A stretch of 64,000 bases of DNA, taken from assembly GCF_020745735.1 (NCBI RefSeq), contig NC_083413.1, positions 74,400,001-74,464,000 on the forward strand, written 5' to 3'. A model generated the notes under the pieces. It was not told where the DNA came from and did no database searches. It saw only the letters and a list, made by a program, of their open reading frames with translations. Positions 27,001 through 39,947 of this stretch are shown in pieces. Numbering within the stretch: the stretch's first letter is position 1; each line of letters opens with the position of its first letter. A program made the position numbers and the translations under genes. This DNA comes from Hemiscyllium ocellatum (lineage: Eukaryota).

Positions 27001-27448
27001 GCAAGGTTTGTGAAGGTTTGTAGCTCAGGTTGAGGTTTAGGGTGTAGGTTTGATATCCAGACATTTCATTACCTGGCTAGGTAACATTATCAGTGGCGAT
27101 CTCCAAGTGAAGCAAAACTGTTGTCTCCTGCTTTCTGTCCTGGACACATCTATCATGGGACAGGCTAAGCAAAGACATGCCAATGAATTCCTAGAGGCCT
27201 GCCACTCCAACCACAATGCCATAAACAAACATAAAGATCTAGATGCCATCTATCAACCCCTCAGAAAACAAACAGGAAATGACATCACCACAAACCCCAG
27301 GAACCCCATCCAGGAGAAAGATATAAATAGAAAGCAGGAGACAACAGCTTTGCTTCACTTGGAGGTCGCCACTGATGATGTTACCTCGCCAGGTAATGAA
27401 ACGTCTGGATATCAAACCTACAGCTCAGCGAACAAACCTACACCCTAA
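27001..27448. mobile_element. Penelope-derived hairpin element (family C) in the last KLHL24 intron
   Basis: Inverted termini at ~27034-27136 and ~27329-27448. Central ANEFLEACHSNHNAINKHKDLDAIYQPL remnant. Exact 12-bp TSD ATGACTTTATGT (26989-27000, 27449-27460). Confidence 0.88.
27369..27408 (+). ncRNA. Minimal type I hammerhead ribozyme motif
   Basis: CCA-CUGAUGA-U-GUUACCU(CGCC)AGGUAAU-GAAA-C-GUC^-UGG. Both core boxes are intact, stem II is 7 bp, stem I is CCA/UGG, and stem III is a loopless ACGU palindrome. Activity untested. Confidence 0.7.
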
Positions 27449-28060
27449 ATGACTTTATGTATCTTTGTTCACCTTCGCGTGCCTATTCCTGTCACTCCCT
27501 TTCCCACTCTTATCCAGTCTTATTCACTGACCTGTTCACAAATATAATGAATAGGTAGTCAATTGTGACAGACTGATTTCTTGAGACCTTGCCTGGATCT
27601 TGCTTATTTGCATTCTCTATCACAGACTCCCAGGTCAATGATCAAAGGAACTGTGGTTGGATTTCTGCTCCCTAATTCTGGAATTTGGGGTGGGATTTTC
27701 TGATTCAGCATGCTCAGGAAGCAGATACTGGGAAACTTTGCAATGTCCATCCCTGATATTCTTAGTATTAAAAGAAATAGTTGAAAAATCACAGACAGGA
27801 GTGCCTGAATTTTATTCTCCCAGCACTCACCAGGAAAACTAATGTAGGAAATTACATCCATCAATCCCCCAATTCTGTTGATCTATAATTACCAGGTTGG
27901 CATTAGTTCGATGGACAGAACTGATACCCACTCCACCCTGTATGGAACAGCTGTACATTTCAATTCCTGATCATTTTTTGGACAGTGAGATTGTGAGACA
28001 GTGAGGTTAATGGTGATGGATACTTTCACAATGGAGTTACTGAGAAGTTCACATAGTTAC

Positions 28061-28249
28061 CTGTCTGCTGAAGGTGTTCACCACATGCATCCAATAATCC
28101 TCCACTGGATCATAGCAGAAGATGGACTTGGTCAGACCCCCGGCCACGTATATAAGGTTGGTCAGGGACACTGCGGTGATGCATCGTTTAGCAACAGGAA
28201 TGGGTGCTCGCAACAACCAAACATTAGTGGCTGGGTCATAACATTGAAC
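28061..28249 (-). CDS. KLHL24: KLHL24 coding exon 5, 189 nt
   Basis: Acceptor CCCTGACAG| and donor CAG|GTAACT. Reads VQCYDPATNVWLLRAPIPVAKRCITAVSLTNLIYVAGGLTKSIFCYDPVEDYWMHVVNTFSRQ (hand translation). Confidence 0.95.
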
Positions 28250-28979
28250 CTGTCAGGGAGCAACGGGGGAGTCAATACCCACATACTCACAATAGCAAGC
28301 ATCGAAATACATGTCGATCGACTGCAACAAAAGCAAATAAACATGTGCATGGAACAAAAATGAATATTTACATAAAGTACAGTAGCAGTTATGACACCAT
28401 TTACAGGTGTAGTAACAAAGTGTGTACAGGCCAAGTGTACATGAAAACAAACGTGCAATGTAATAAACATATGAGTACAATGCTTCAAATTGAAATAGGT
28501 GCCTTTTGCATAGAATAGTGATCTGGATAGGAAGCCTGGCTGATTGTCTAGTGCTAGTCTAAGGGCATTAAGGACAACCCATTGTGACCACACTGTAGCC
28601 AGCCATTCTAAGACTGACTAACAATAGCCTATGCAGATGAAACCAGGGCTGCTCTTGATCCTTATAACTCAGGACCACAATGTTCATTTCTCACATTTTT
28701 TTGAATTAATTGTTGCCCATTCCTAAAAGTCCTGAAGAAGGCGGTCGTGAGCTACCTACTTGAATGTGGTTAGGTTGCTTGTTGGGGACAGGCAAAATGT
28801 GAACCTATTAATGTGGGTCTGGAGTTACATGGAGGCCAGTGTGGCTAGGACAGCAGGTTTCCTTCTCTCAAGGATGGTCATGAGACCGCAGGATCTTTAT
28901 GTCAATTTGGTCAATTCATAATACAGCTTTTATTCCAGATTTATTTAATTAACAGAACTTACACCCCAGCTACCCTATG

Positions 28980-29290
28980 GGCAGCACGGTGGCATAGTCG
29001 TTAGCACTGCTGCCTCACAGCGCCAGAGACCCAGGTTCAATTCCCGCTTCAGGCGACTGATTGTGTGGAGTTTGCACATTCTCCTCATGTCTGCGTGGGT
29101 TTCCTCCGGGTGCTCCGGTTTCCTCCCACAGTCCAAAGATGTGCAGGTTAGGTGAATTGGTCATGCTAAATTGCCTGTAGTGTTCGGTGAAGGGGTAAAG
29201 GTAGGGGTATGGGTGGGTTGCGCTTTGGTGGGTCGGTGTGGACTTGTTGGGCCAAAGGGCCTGTTTCCACACTGTAAGTAATCTAATCCA
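28980..29290 (+). mobile_element. HE1/V-SINE-like SINE nested in an older SINE (~28700-29370)
   Basis: Full head, core and TAAGTAATCTAATC tail. Confidence 0.9.
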
Positions 29291-29833
29291 ATCTACTATT
29301 TGTTGGATTTGAACTTGTGTCATTAGATCAAACTACACCTTTGAATTACCAGTATGCTACCTGGTCATAGTATATCACAGCATTCATTTGTAGCTCTGTA
29401 ACTGCTGGTAATTACCAGAGCTGATGGTTTTCTCTCCATTCATAGATGCAAAGCATAGATGTGATTTACTGGTCAGTACAGTGAGCGTCTCAGGCTCGGA
29501 AACAATAGCACCAACCTGGAAAGGCAACTCCAGTGACTAAGACAGGCTGCTGAAGGGAGAGTGCAAGAGAAAACGGTACCAATCCAAACATTTCAAATAA
29601 CAGGAAAAACAAAGAGATGATCTCCAGTCTCTCAGCTGATCGTATTATGATTTGCTTCGTCTTTGGCAAATGAGAGGGGAGAACTCAGCCAAACCGACAC
29701 TGTCTGATCACTATCTCTCCTGTGTGTGCATGAACATGAGTGTGTAGGGAAGCATAAATGAATGAGCATGTGAACTGTGCATCTTTGCATGTGTGTGTAA
29801 GTATTTACATTTGTATGATTGTTATGTCAGCTA

Positions 29834-30084
29834 GGCAGCACAGTGGCTCAGTGGTTAGCACTGCTGCCTTACAGTGCCAGGGACCTGGGTCCAATTCCAA
29901 CTTTGGGTGACTATCTGTGTGAAGTTTGCACATTCTCCTCATGTCTGCGTGGGTTTCCTCCGAGTGCTCTGGTTTCCTCCCACAGTCCAAAGATATGCAG
30001 ATCATGTTGATTGGCCGTGTTAAATTGCCTGTAGTGTTCAGGGATGTGTAGCTTAGGTGCGTTAGCCATGGGTAATGCACGGTT
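29834..30084 (+). mobile_element. HE1/V-SINE-like SINE, 3' truncated
   Basis: Head and core present; tail absent. Confidence 0.82.
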
Positions 30085-30244
30085 GTAAGTTTGTGATTCG
30101 TGAATGAGGGTATGTATGAGTCTAGACTTGAATGTGCAAATTAAAACAAACTATTACATAAATGGTGATACATTGAACACTGAATGCCTTATTGGCATCT
30201 GCATAACTCTATAAACAGTGATTCCCGCCCCATTTGCCAGATAC

Positions 30245-30433
30245 CTTATCAGAGCACGTATTGTCATCAGGCCCTCCTCCAATCACAAACAGCTTACTGA
30301 CACAGCTGACGACAGCCGGTGAGCTGACTGCCTCTTTGAGGGACGCAACCTCGACCCAGCGGTTTGAGAAAGAGTCGTAACACTCCACGCTGCTCAACCG
30401 ATTCTGACCATCGTAACCTCCCACTGCATACAC
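30245..30433 (-). CDS. KLHL24: KLHL24 coding exon 4, 189 nt
   Basis: Acceptor CTACTCCAG| and donor AAG|GTATCT. Reads VYAVGGYDGQNRLSSVECYDSFSNRWVEVASLKEAVSSPAVVSCVSKLFVIGGGPDDNTCSDK (Kelch GG-Y-W pattern). Confidence 0.96.
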
Positions 30434-30796
30434 CTGGAGTAGGGCACAGTACAGAAACATACTCAAGGAAACAGAAAACATTTCAAAGGAACTTTCACCA
30501 GGGTCCCTAAAATAAAAATCGCGCACAGGTGTTGGTTCTTTACCCCAACTCCTATTTCATGTAATTATCAGGAATTTTAGATTATAACCCTACAGCTCTT
30601 AGCAAACAAACTACACCTGCTGCTGGCTGCAGTCAAATAGTGAGGAGATTTTTTTAACACAATAGCCAGGCACTAACTATTGTCAAACTGACAGAAGGAG
30701 CTTGTGGTTCTGTATTGCTGATAATGTTCGAGTGCAAGTGGGAAAGAGATTTGTAGCTGCTTCTATGGGGGTGGGGCTCATGGACAGGTGCAGTCA

Positions 30797-31078
30797 GGGA
30801 GGGGGCTTATGTTCCCTTAGTAATGGGGAGTGGGCTTGTGTTGACTTACTGTTGCAGAGTGGCTTATGTTTCCTTAGTGTTGGGGAGGGGCTTGTGTTAC
30901 CTTAGTATTGGGGAGGGGCTTGTGTTATCTTACTGTTGGGGAGGGGCTTGTATTACCTCAATGTTGGGAAGGGGGCTGGTGTTACCTCAGTGTTGGGAAG
31001 GGGTTTATGTTCCCTGAGTGTTGGGGAGGGGCTTGTGTTACCTTAATGTTGGGATTGTATTCACTTAGTGTTGGGGAG
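30797..31078. repeat. ~28-bp G-rich minisatellite (TGTTGGGGAGGGGCTTGTGTTACCTTAG), ~10 degenerate copies
   Basis: Directly visible tandem units. Confidence 0.85.
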
Positions 31079-33055
31079 AGAGTGTGACTTGTTTCACTAC
31101 TGATCAGGGGCTTCTATGTTGATTCTGCTAAGGAAGGCTGTCACGTCCTGTCAACATGAAAGAGTTTTCAATTGTGTTCTTTGCACTTTTGCTCCTGGAC
31201 TGTCATGGCACAGTTGACAGACGCAGTTGACATCTTGTTACAGTTTAATCTGCTGACTGGTATGCTAACCCTCTGGGAGCAGGCACAAAGCAATCTGATG
31301 ATGGGAACAGATGTCAGCGTATCCTCTTTCCTCCAAATTAAACCACAGCACAGGTGAGGTGCCTTGCACTGTCTAAGTATCGAGGGCTGCGGGTGGGTTA
31401 CCACAGCAACACACATAGAAGCCACATGTGCTGCATCATCAAATGACTACATCATTGAAGTGTCAAATGTCCTATCATTTAAATTAAAAAGAAAATATAG
31501 CTACACTAATTATGGCTCAATCTCAGTGATTTCTGTTTATTTTTATCCCAAAGGAGATATGGGGGATAGGACAGAAAGCAGTATCTCAACAGATATCTCA
31601 AACTGACAAGCTGAATCGATCCTTTGGGCCACATTTTTAAGCTACCATTTATGGAAAGCTTTCAAAAGAAAAAAAAATCAACAGGAACAAAACACTTGGT
31701 TTAATTTTTTTTTCTAAACTTCAAGGTAAAGAATGTGAACGACCCTTATACTCGAACCATCAAACATTCCCTTCCCAGATCAGGTACAGCAGTCCTGAAA
31801 AAGAGGACACGAAATGTTGACCCTTTCTCTCTCCCTGAATGCTGTTGGACTTGCCGAGTTTCTCCAGCATTTTCTGTTACATTTCAAATATAGCAGCGGT
31901 CCAATACAAGGTGAAATGTCTCCTACACTTCCTTATCCATTAAACACTCCCTCTACGTCAGCAAGTAGGAAATACCCGAGGCTGCAGTACAAAGACAGGA
32001 TCAACAGAATGTATGAGAGATGTCACTAAAAACAATGTATTGTCAACACAGTGCGGGGATAATCTGCAGACAAACAGACAATGCAGAACAAGGTAGGCAT
32101 GCTTTCTTGGAATACATACAATTATTTAAGCCATGGAAACCAGTTTGAACCAGTTAGAATTTCAGGCTTACACAACTCATCTCACCAAAAGGACCCAGAG
32201 TAGTCCAGGTGATTGGGTAATGCAGTATCCTATCAAGGAGGCTTTGGTGTACATGTTGCTAGGCGTTGAGGTTTACCTGTCAGACTTTAATTACTTCCCA
32301 CTCTTCACTTACTGTACCTGCACTGGCCTGCTCACGTCAACCTGAACCTTTGCTGCTGCCTTTTGAACTGGCCCAACACAGGGAAGCAGATTAACCGAAC
32401 AGGGAGGAGCAGTAGAGAAGGAAGGGCTGCTTGTTTTATGGCTGGCTTCAGCAGCCGGCTTCACAACAGCAAGTTTTAACCATTTGATGTCTGCTTGCTC
32501 CCCATCGATATTATTGTCCCAACAAGAATCACAAATTAGAGAGCGTTGAGAATGCAGCCCAGTCCATCACGAAAGCAAGCATTCCTTCCATAGACTCTGT
32601 CTACAGTTCCCACTGTCTCGGGAGAGCAGGATGTACCCTGATGTACTTATGTAAGGTATGATTCACCAGGTTAACAAGAAAAATGATACTTTCCTCTGTA
32701 TTTTGGTACATGTGACAATAACAAAGCAAATCAAATCAACAGGAGCTGGGGCTGAAGGCAGGAGATTGGTTTTACCAGCAGCACAAGCTGCCCCTATTGA
32801 AGTGGTCGGTGAACAGCAGGTGACACGCCTAGGCAATGGTGATGCCGACCCTCCTTGAAGCAACTGTGTTACAATCGAGTGTCCAGACTGGCCACCTTGA
32901 GAGTCAACCAGACAGCGCAGGAGTGAAGTTCCATACAGACCATACAAGGTAATGGAGGAAAGATCACTTCATTGGAAGACATTCGTGAACCAGTTCAGTT
33001 TTAATTTTAAAATAGCAGCTTTCCTGCTGCCAGACCATGGAATACTGGACTTATA

Positions 33056-33271
33056 GCCAAGAGTATGGTGTTGGAAAAGCGCAGCAGGTCAGGCAGCATC
33101 CAAGGAGCAGGAGAATCAATGTTTCAGGCATAAGCCCTTAATCAGGAATTCCTAATGAAGGGCTTATGCCCAAAACATCCATGCTCCTCGGATGCTGCCT
33201 GACCTGCTGTGCTTTTTTAGCACTACGCTCTTGACTCTGATCTCCAGCATCTGCAGTCCTCACTTTCTCCT
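33056..33271. mobile_element. Palindromic Penelope-derived insert (family A)
   Basis: Arms centred on GGAATTCC (~33145-33152). 13-bp TSD TACTGGA(C/T)TTATA (33043-33055, 33272-33284). Confidence 0.85.
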
Positions 33272-33849
33272 TACTGGATTTATACTTAATCTGCGTGGTG
33301 AGATTTAAATTCCAAACTTCTTCAATTGCAATTCCTAATCACGACCTTCATACTGCCCTTTATCCAAACAGCAATGTTTATTATTTTTCTGGTGCCAGGC
33401 CATAAGTTACTGGATTATAACCGAGCTCTGGTCTGCCATGTCAGATTTACATAGAAGGATCCCACAGCACTGTTTCACTGAAGAACATGGAGTCATTCTC
33501 AGTGCCCTGGCCAATATTTAACCATCAAGCAACATCATGAAAACAAGATGACCTGGTCAGAGAGTCATACAACATGGAAACTGTCAACTCGCTGTTCTGT
33601 GCTTGTCACATTTCTTACAACACGAATGAAACCTGAAAAGAATCTCCGTCTCTTAGAGGCTTTGGAGTGTCCTGCAGTCGAGAAGGAAGGTACAGAAATT
33701 CCACACTCGTTTCTCAGTTAACAGCCCCCATGACACTAGTGAGGATTCCAAAGAGTTGCCTGTAGTTGGTTCATTCTGTGATTCCTAATCAATACCTAGA
33801 TAGGGAATGCCATGGGAATCATTCCCTGACATGTTCTCCTTGCCAGCTT

Positions 33850-34318
33850 TTATAGGTGCACTATCGAGAGCATACTGTCTGGATGTATCACTACCTGGTA
33901 TGGTAACTGTGCTTTTCAAGATCGGAGATGATTACAGAGAGTGGTGAACTCGGCCCAGACAATCACAAAGGCCGTCTGTAGAATCCATCTACCAGGCCCG
34001 CAGTCAAGGAAAGGCCTCCAGCATTCTTAAAGATCCATCCACCCTGGCAATGTTTTTCTACAACCTCGACATCAGGGAGAAGGTACAGAAGCCTAAATAT
34101 ACGCACCAGCCATTTTTGCAACAGTTTCTACCCTACTGTTGTTAGAATACTGAATGGACCCACAAACTCTTAGCATTCACCTGTACTTTTGTTTTTGCCT
34201 CTGTTTACCTATTATTTACTATCGATGCTACTTAACTATATGATCTGCCTATATTGCTCACAAGACAAAGCTTTTCACTGTGCCTCGGTATACGTGACAA
34301 TAGATTCAATCCAATTCA
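33850..34318 (+). mobile_element. Rex1/Babar-type LINE 3' fragment
   Basis: Reads YRCTIESILSGCITTWYGNC. Inverted copy of 34752-35225. Confidence 0.8.
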
Positions 34319-34751
34319 TTTTCTGCGGATAGATTATCAACTAGCACATCATACACCTTTCAAATTTACTGCCACAGTCACAAAGGTATCAAACAGTTCT
34401 AGAATGGCCCCGTATCCAGTCTTCCAAATTCTTGTTTAAACTTATTCACAAATGTGGGTGTCACTGGCTGAAACCTCTAATTAGCTACAGAACATTTAAG
34501 AGTTAAGCACATTGCTGTGGATCATGTAGGTCAGACCAGGCAAGATTTTCTTGTCTAATGGGGATTAGTGAACTAGATTTTTTTTTAAGTACAATGGACA
34601 GTGGCTAGCTTTTATTCCAGCTTTTTATTGAACTCAAATTTCACCACCTGCCCTGGTAGGATTCAAACTTCTGTCCGTGGGACTTTAACCAGATATTCTA
34701 AAATTATTGACTCAGTGACATCACCAGCATGCCACTGCCTTTCCATACCTT

Positions 34752-36275
34752 TTAATTTATTGTTATGTGTACCGAGGCACAGTGAAAAGTTTTGTCTTGC
34801 GAGCAATACAGGCAGATCACAAAGTTAAGTAGCACAGATAAGTAAATAATACGTAAACAGCGGCAAAAACAAAAACAAAGGTACAGGTGAATGTTAAGAG
34901 TTTGTGAGTCACTCAGTATTCTAACAACAGGAGGGTAGAAATTCTTTCGAAACCGGCTGATGCGTGTATTCAGGCTTCTGTACCTTCTCCCCAGTGATAG
35001 AGGTTGTAGAAAAACATTGCCAGGGTGGAATGGATTTTTGAGAATGCTGGAAGCCTTTCCTACTGAGCGGGACTGGAAGATGGATTCTACAGATGGGAGG
35101 TTGGCCTTTGTGATTGTCCGGGCCGAGTTCACCACCTTCTATAGCCGTCTCCGATCTTGAATGGTACAGTTGTCATACCAGGTAGTGATACATCCAGATA
35201 GAAAGCTTTCGATGGCGCACCTATAAAAGTGGCAAATTTTCTCAGCTTCCCGAGGAAGAAGAGACATTGTTGGGCCTTTGCAACCAGTGCGTCCACATAA
35301 TGAGTCCAAGAAAGCTTGTTGTGGATGACCACTTCCAGGGGCTTGACACTTTCCACTCGTTCCACCTCTGTGCTGTTAATGTGTTGGGAAGTTCTTTGCT
35401 TTTGCTGGCATTGAGAGCTAGGTTGTTCTCAGTGCACTGTTTTTCCAGGTCTTCCACCATCTGTCTGTATTCTGTTTCATTGCCAACTGAGATTTGACCG
35501 ACTATGATGGTGTCATCAGCTGACTTGTAAATGGCATTAGTCTGATATTTGGCAACGTGGTCATGGGTGTACAGTGAATACAGTAGGGGGTTGAGTACAC
35601 ACCTTTGGGGGGGCTCTAGTGTTGAGTATTAGTGAAGATGACATATTGTCCCCATTCTTCACAGATTGTGATCTGTGGATCCAGTTGCAGAGAGTAGGGC
35701 TTAGTCCAAGATCACTAAGTTTAGTAATCAGTCTCAAGGGGATAATAGTGTTGAAGGCTGTAGTCAATGAGTAGGATTCTTACGTAGCTGTTCTTGGTGT
35801 CAAGGTGTTCTGGGGAGGAGCAAAGGGCAAGTGATATGGCATCCAACATGGATCTGTTGGTACCATAGGCAAATTGGATTGGGTCAAGAATAGTGGGGAG
35901 GCTGGAGTTGATTAATGCCATGACCAGCCTTTCAAAACATTTCACGACCGCCGAAGTTAGGGCCACTGGGCGGTGGTCATTGAGACATGCTGCATGAGCC
36001 TTCTTAGGCACAGGGATGATGTTGGCCCTCTTGAAACAGGTAGGCACAGTGGCCTGCTGCAGGAGAGGTTGAAGATGTCTGAGAACACCTTTGCCAGTTG
36101 ATCTACACATACTGTGAGTGCACGGCCTGGTACTCCGTCTGGTCCCATCACTTTCCTTGGATTCACATGAAGGAAAACTGATCTGACCTCTGATGCAGAG
36201 ACTGTTGGGATAGGTTTATCAGGATTTGGCAGAATAGATGTTACCTCTCCGCCGAATTCTTCTCAAAGCGAGTCT
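34752..36275 (-). mobile_element. Rex1/Babar-type LINE, 5'-truncated RT
   Basis: NPRKVMGPDGVPGR; VPTCFKRANIIPVPKK..CLNDHRPVALTSAVVKCFERLV; DPIQFAY; [10 protein letters not shown]; KAQQCLFFL. Confidence 0.88.
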
Positions 36276-36409
36276 AGAAGGTGTTGACACGATCTGGGAG
36301 GGCTGCGTCATCATCTTGGGCTGGAATTTGGAGTGATGCACAAACACGGCCAAAACGTGAGCTTTATGGAATGAAAGGGAAGTGGAAGCATTTGGCGAGG
36401 GAATGCAGA

Positions 36410-37070
36410 AGGGGAGGACTCTCAATGTGGTCTCCTCTACATTGGGGAGACAGGACATCTACTTGCAGAACATTTCAGGGACATCTCTGGAACACACTCA
36501 CCAAATAACCCCACCACCCTGTGGCCAACCACTTGAACTCTCCCTCCCACTTCACCAAGGACATGCAGATCTTGAGCCTTGTCCACTGCTAAATCCTAAC
36601 CACCCGACACCTAGAGGAAGAACACCTCATCTTCTGCCTTGGGACTCCCCCAACCAAATGCGATCAATGTTGATGTCACCAATTTCCTCATTTCCCTCCC
36701 CTAACCTTATCCCAGATCCTACCCTCCACTCTGCACTGCCCTCTTGAACTGTCCTACCTGTACATCTTCCTTCCACCCCTCCGCTCCATGCTTTGCTCTA
36801 AGCTATCACCATCACCCCAACCATCACCTACCTATCGCATTCCCAGCTACCTTCCCCTGAGCCCCACTCCCCCATTTATCTCTCAGATCCCTTCCCCCAA
36901 CTCCTCCCCCCCCCCCCCCCCCACCCGCCCCAACCCCACATTCCTAATGAAGAGTTTATGCTTGAAACGTAGACTCTCCTGCTCCTCGGCTGCTGCCTGA
37001 CTGGCTGTGCTTTTCCAGCACCACACATTTTGACTCTAATCTCCAGCATCTGCAGTCCTCACTTTCTCCG
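36410..37070 (+). mobile_element. Penelope-like element 3' part (GIY-YIG endonuclease remnant plus terminal repeat)
   Basis: QCGLLYIGETGHLLAEHF at ~36423, then PVANH-like sequence, a C-rich tract, and a family-A arm CTAATGAAGAGTTTATGCTTGAAACG. Confidence 0.82.
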
Positions 37071-37481
37071 ACTGATGGCCATCCCATATTTGGAGGAGAG
37101 GGGCTCTATAAGAGGCCAAAGCTGGAGAAATAACAAGCTTGGAGGAAACGAAGATCGTTACACTGTTGGAGATTACAACAATAGTGAGGGGACAAGGCAC
37201 AAACTGAAATCCAACAGTGGAATCAGTTGCTGTATTCTGCACTAGTCAGTGCACTCTTTGCTAGGTCATCAAAGGAACTACTTCAGAGTTGTTTTTAAAA
37301 GAAGCAAGTTCAATCGTTCACCACAACATTAATTTCTTTGAATCACCACATCTTTTGAATTAACTCTTAAATTGCTTTTCATAAAGATACTCAGCAGGTT
37401 TGAAAAGCTTTTGTCCTTTTTAATTTGGTATTTAGCTTTGTCAAAGTCTGAACTTCAGGTTAATTTTACGTTTCCTGTTAC

Positions 37482-37600
37482 CTTGCCAAGAAGGACAGCC
37501 ATCTTGTGGCGCCATCTGCCTTTGTTTAAACAGGCCACTCGCATCCAGATGTTCAGCTGGGAGTTGTACATCCACACATCCCGGCTGTTGATTCTGCCAC
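37482..37600 (-). CDS. KLHL24: KLHL24 coding exon 3, 119 nt
   Basis: Acceptor TTTGTTTTGAACAG| and donor AAG|GTAACA. Reads (G)GRINSRDVWMYNSQLNIWMRVACLNKGRWRHKMAVLLGK. Not in the ORF track; translated by hand. Confidence 0.95.
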
Positions 37601-38499
37601 CTGTTCAAAACAAAGAGAGAAGTTAAACACCAGGCTTGAGGTTCATCTGGTCATGGAACGTGTACTACTTTTAATTTGTTTTTGAGTCTGTATTCTATGT
37701 CTAAGACCACAGACCTGAAATTAATGACAGGCCTTTGCCCGATTTTTAACATGTACATTCAGTTGAAATCTGGATTGCTGTTCATTACCCATGGAAAAGG
37801 TGAAGAAGCTGCTAAGAAACAATTCAAGAATTTTGTCCAGTTGCAAGTCGAGATTTAAAGTGGATTGCATTTTGAGCTGTATTGCCAGTAAGATGTACAG
37901 ACTTCTTGAGAAAGGCCACCACCAAACGCCAGCAAACCAAGAAAAAAGTTTTAGAACCCTTCTGCAATCCACGGAAAAATCTTCAGACTGTTTGTCCCAG
38001 GCCTTGGTTTGACTTGAATGTGGAGCAGAATCTAGTGCAATCCATCACTGGAGGCAGCAAGAGCCATTAAGTAGCTGGAGTGATGGTATAAACAAACCCA
38101 CGTCACCTTCCCACTTCCACCAGAATGAGGTTCCGAGCAGGAAAACCCAGGGTTTACCTTCCTATGCCTCTGCCAATTGAGCCTTTTAAGAGGCCACCCA
38201 AAGACTATGAGTGGGTCTGAGCCCAATGCTGCTGGCAGCTTCTCAGCTTGAGAGGTGGATCGTGCCCTCAGATAAAGGCAATTAGGCCTAATTCTTAGGG
38301 ACTGGACATTAGGCAGGGGTATGCCCACTGTGCAGCTCTTCTGCCTTGCCATAGCAGAGAAGTTGCTCTCAATAAATTGACAAGGGACATCCAATGTGAC
38401 TGCAACCATGGTAATCAATCCCACCCCATCCCTCCTCACTTGTCTGCAGTGTTGGCCATACCATCCTCCTCAAATGCCACTCCTCTTCTCATCTAACTG

Positions 38500-39230
38500 A
38501 GTGGGAATGCTGCTACCCAGTTCCACTTTCATCTATTTAGCTGTAGTCAGAAGATCATCTGCAATAGTTTCCTTTGCATCATGACCTTTGGTGTTTCCTT
38601 ACGATGTCTCCTATCCGCCTCTTATTTATTACGCTAAATATGCTAGCCCTCACCCTATCACAGCTCCCCGTTGGTGACAGCATCCAAAAACACTTCAGGC
38701 TCTACACACACATATAATGGTAGCCATCCGCCGTATCTCACTAACACCTCTCTGAACCCATCCATTGTCTGTCTTGTTGTGTTGCATCTTTTGACATCCA
38801 GTGCTGGATCATCAGATTTCCACCAACAAATATCGTAAAGTCCAAAGCCATTGCCACAACCTTTGTTTCCTAGCCGCTGATCTCATCCCTCTCCCTGGCA
38901 ACTGTCTTAGGTTGAACTAGACTGTTTGCAAACTCAGTGTCTAATTTGACCCCAAGATGAGCTTCAAATTACATATCCATTTTATTCTATCTTCACAGCT
39001 TCAAACGATTCCACCCAGCCCTCAGTTCATCAGTGATAGCCCTCATGGATATGCCCTCATCCATACTTTTGTTGCCTTGGGGCATGACTATTTCAATGTG
39101 CTGACTGACCATCCATCCTCCATTTGTATATGAGCATTCAAATTTCTGTTGCCTGAACCCTTGTTCGCCATTGCTGTTGTAGTGAAAGACCTACATTGGC
39201 TCCTGATTAAATAAAGCCTTGATTTGAAAA
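38500..39230 (+). mobile_element. Highly decayed L2-type LINE fragment (appears to resume at ~40410-40680)
   Basis: Weak L2-like sequence (AAACTCAGTGTCTAATTTGACCCCAAGATGAGCTTC; GACCTACATTGGCTCC). Confidence 0.45.
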
Positions 39231-39260
39231 TCAGAACAGAAGAATGTGCACTTAGGAGTA

Positions 39261-39769
39261 TGATGTGGAGGTGCTGGTGTTGAACTGGGGTGGACAAAGT
39301 TAAAAATCACACAACACCAGATTATAGTCCAATAGGTTTATCTGGAAGTACTAGCTTTTGGAGCACTGTTCCTTCATCAGGTAGCTAGTTAGGCAGGATC
39401 ATATGACACAGACTTTATAGCAAAAGATCACAGTGTCATGCCACTGAAATGATAATAATATTAACAAACCTAGATTGCTGTTAAGTCTTTCATCTTTCAG
39501 AACCGTTTCGGTTCATTAATATGCAAATCCCAGAGCTTCTTTTAAGTCACTTTCTCAAGATAACTTAAGGTTTTATTTAAAAAGTGACATCTCAGCTCAG
39601 ACGATGCATTAAAGGTGTGAGGTTACAGTCTGTCTGTATCCCAATCTTGGGTCAGACTGGTTCTGGTAATGATCCTGCTTCCACAGCTACCTGATGAAGG
39701 ATCAGTGCTCCAAAAGCTAGTGCTTCCAAATAAACCTGTTGGACTATAACTTGGTGTTGTGTCATATTT
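39261..39769. mobile_element. Penelope-derived element with inverted termini (family B)
   Basis: Arms at ~39309-39387 and ~39685-39762, each with CTGATGAAGGA.CAGTGCTCCAAAAGCTAG. Exact 12-bp TSD CACTTAGGAGTA (39249-39260, 39770-39781). Confidence 0.85.
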
Positions 39770-39947
39770 CACTTAGGAGTAGAAATAGGCCATTTGAGTC
39801 TTACAGTTTTACAGAAGATGGAGGCAGATCCAGTTGGGATCCTCTCCATGCCACTCCTCCCAAAAAACTTTTAATCCTTATTTTCAAACCCCTCATTGCC
39901 TGGCCATTGCCTACAGTCCCAACGCTCTCTGACGTTCAGATCCAGAT

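Noticed and set aside
28162-28593. 143-aa minus-strand ORF overlapping KLHL24 exon 5
   Set aside because: It is in a different frame from the Kelch-coding exon and is mostly intronic.
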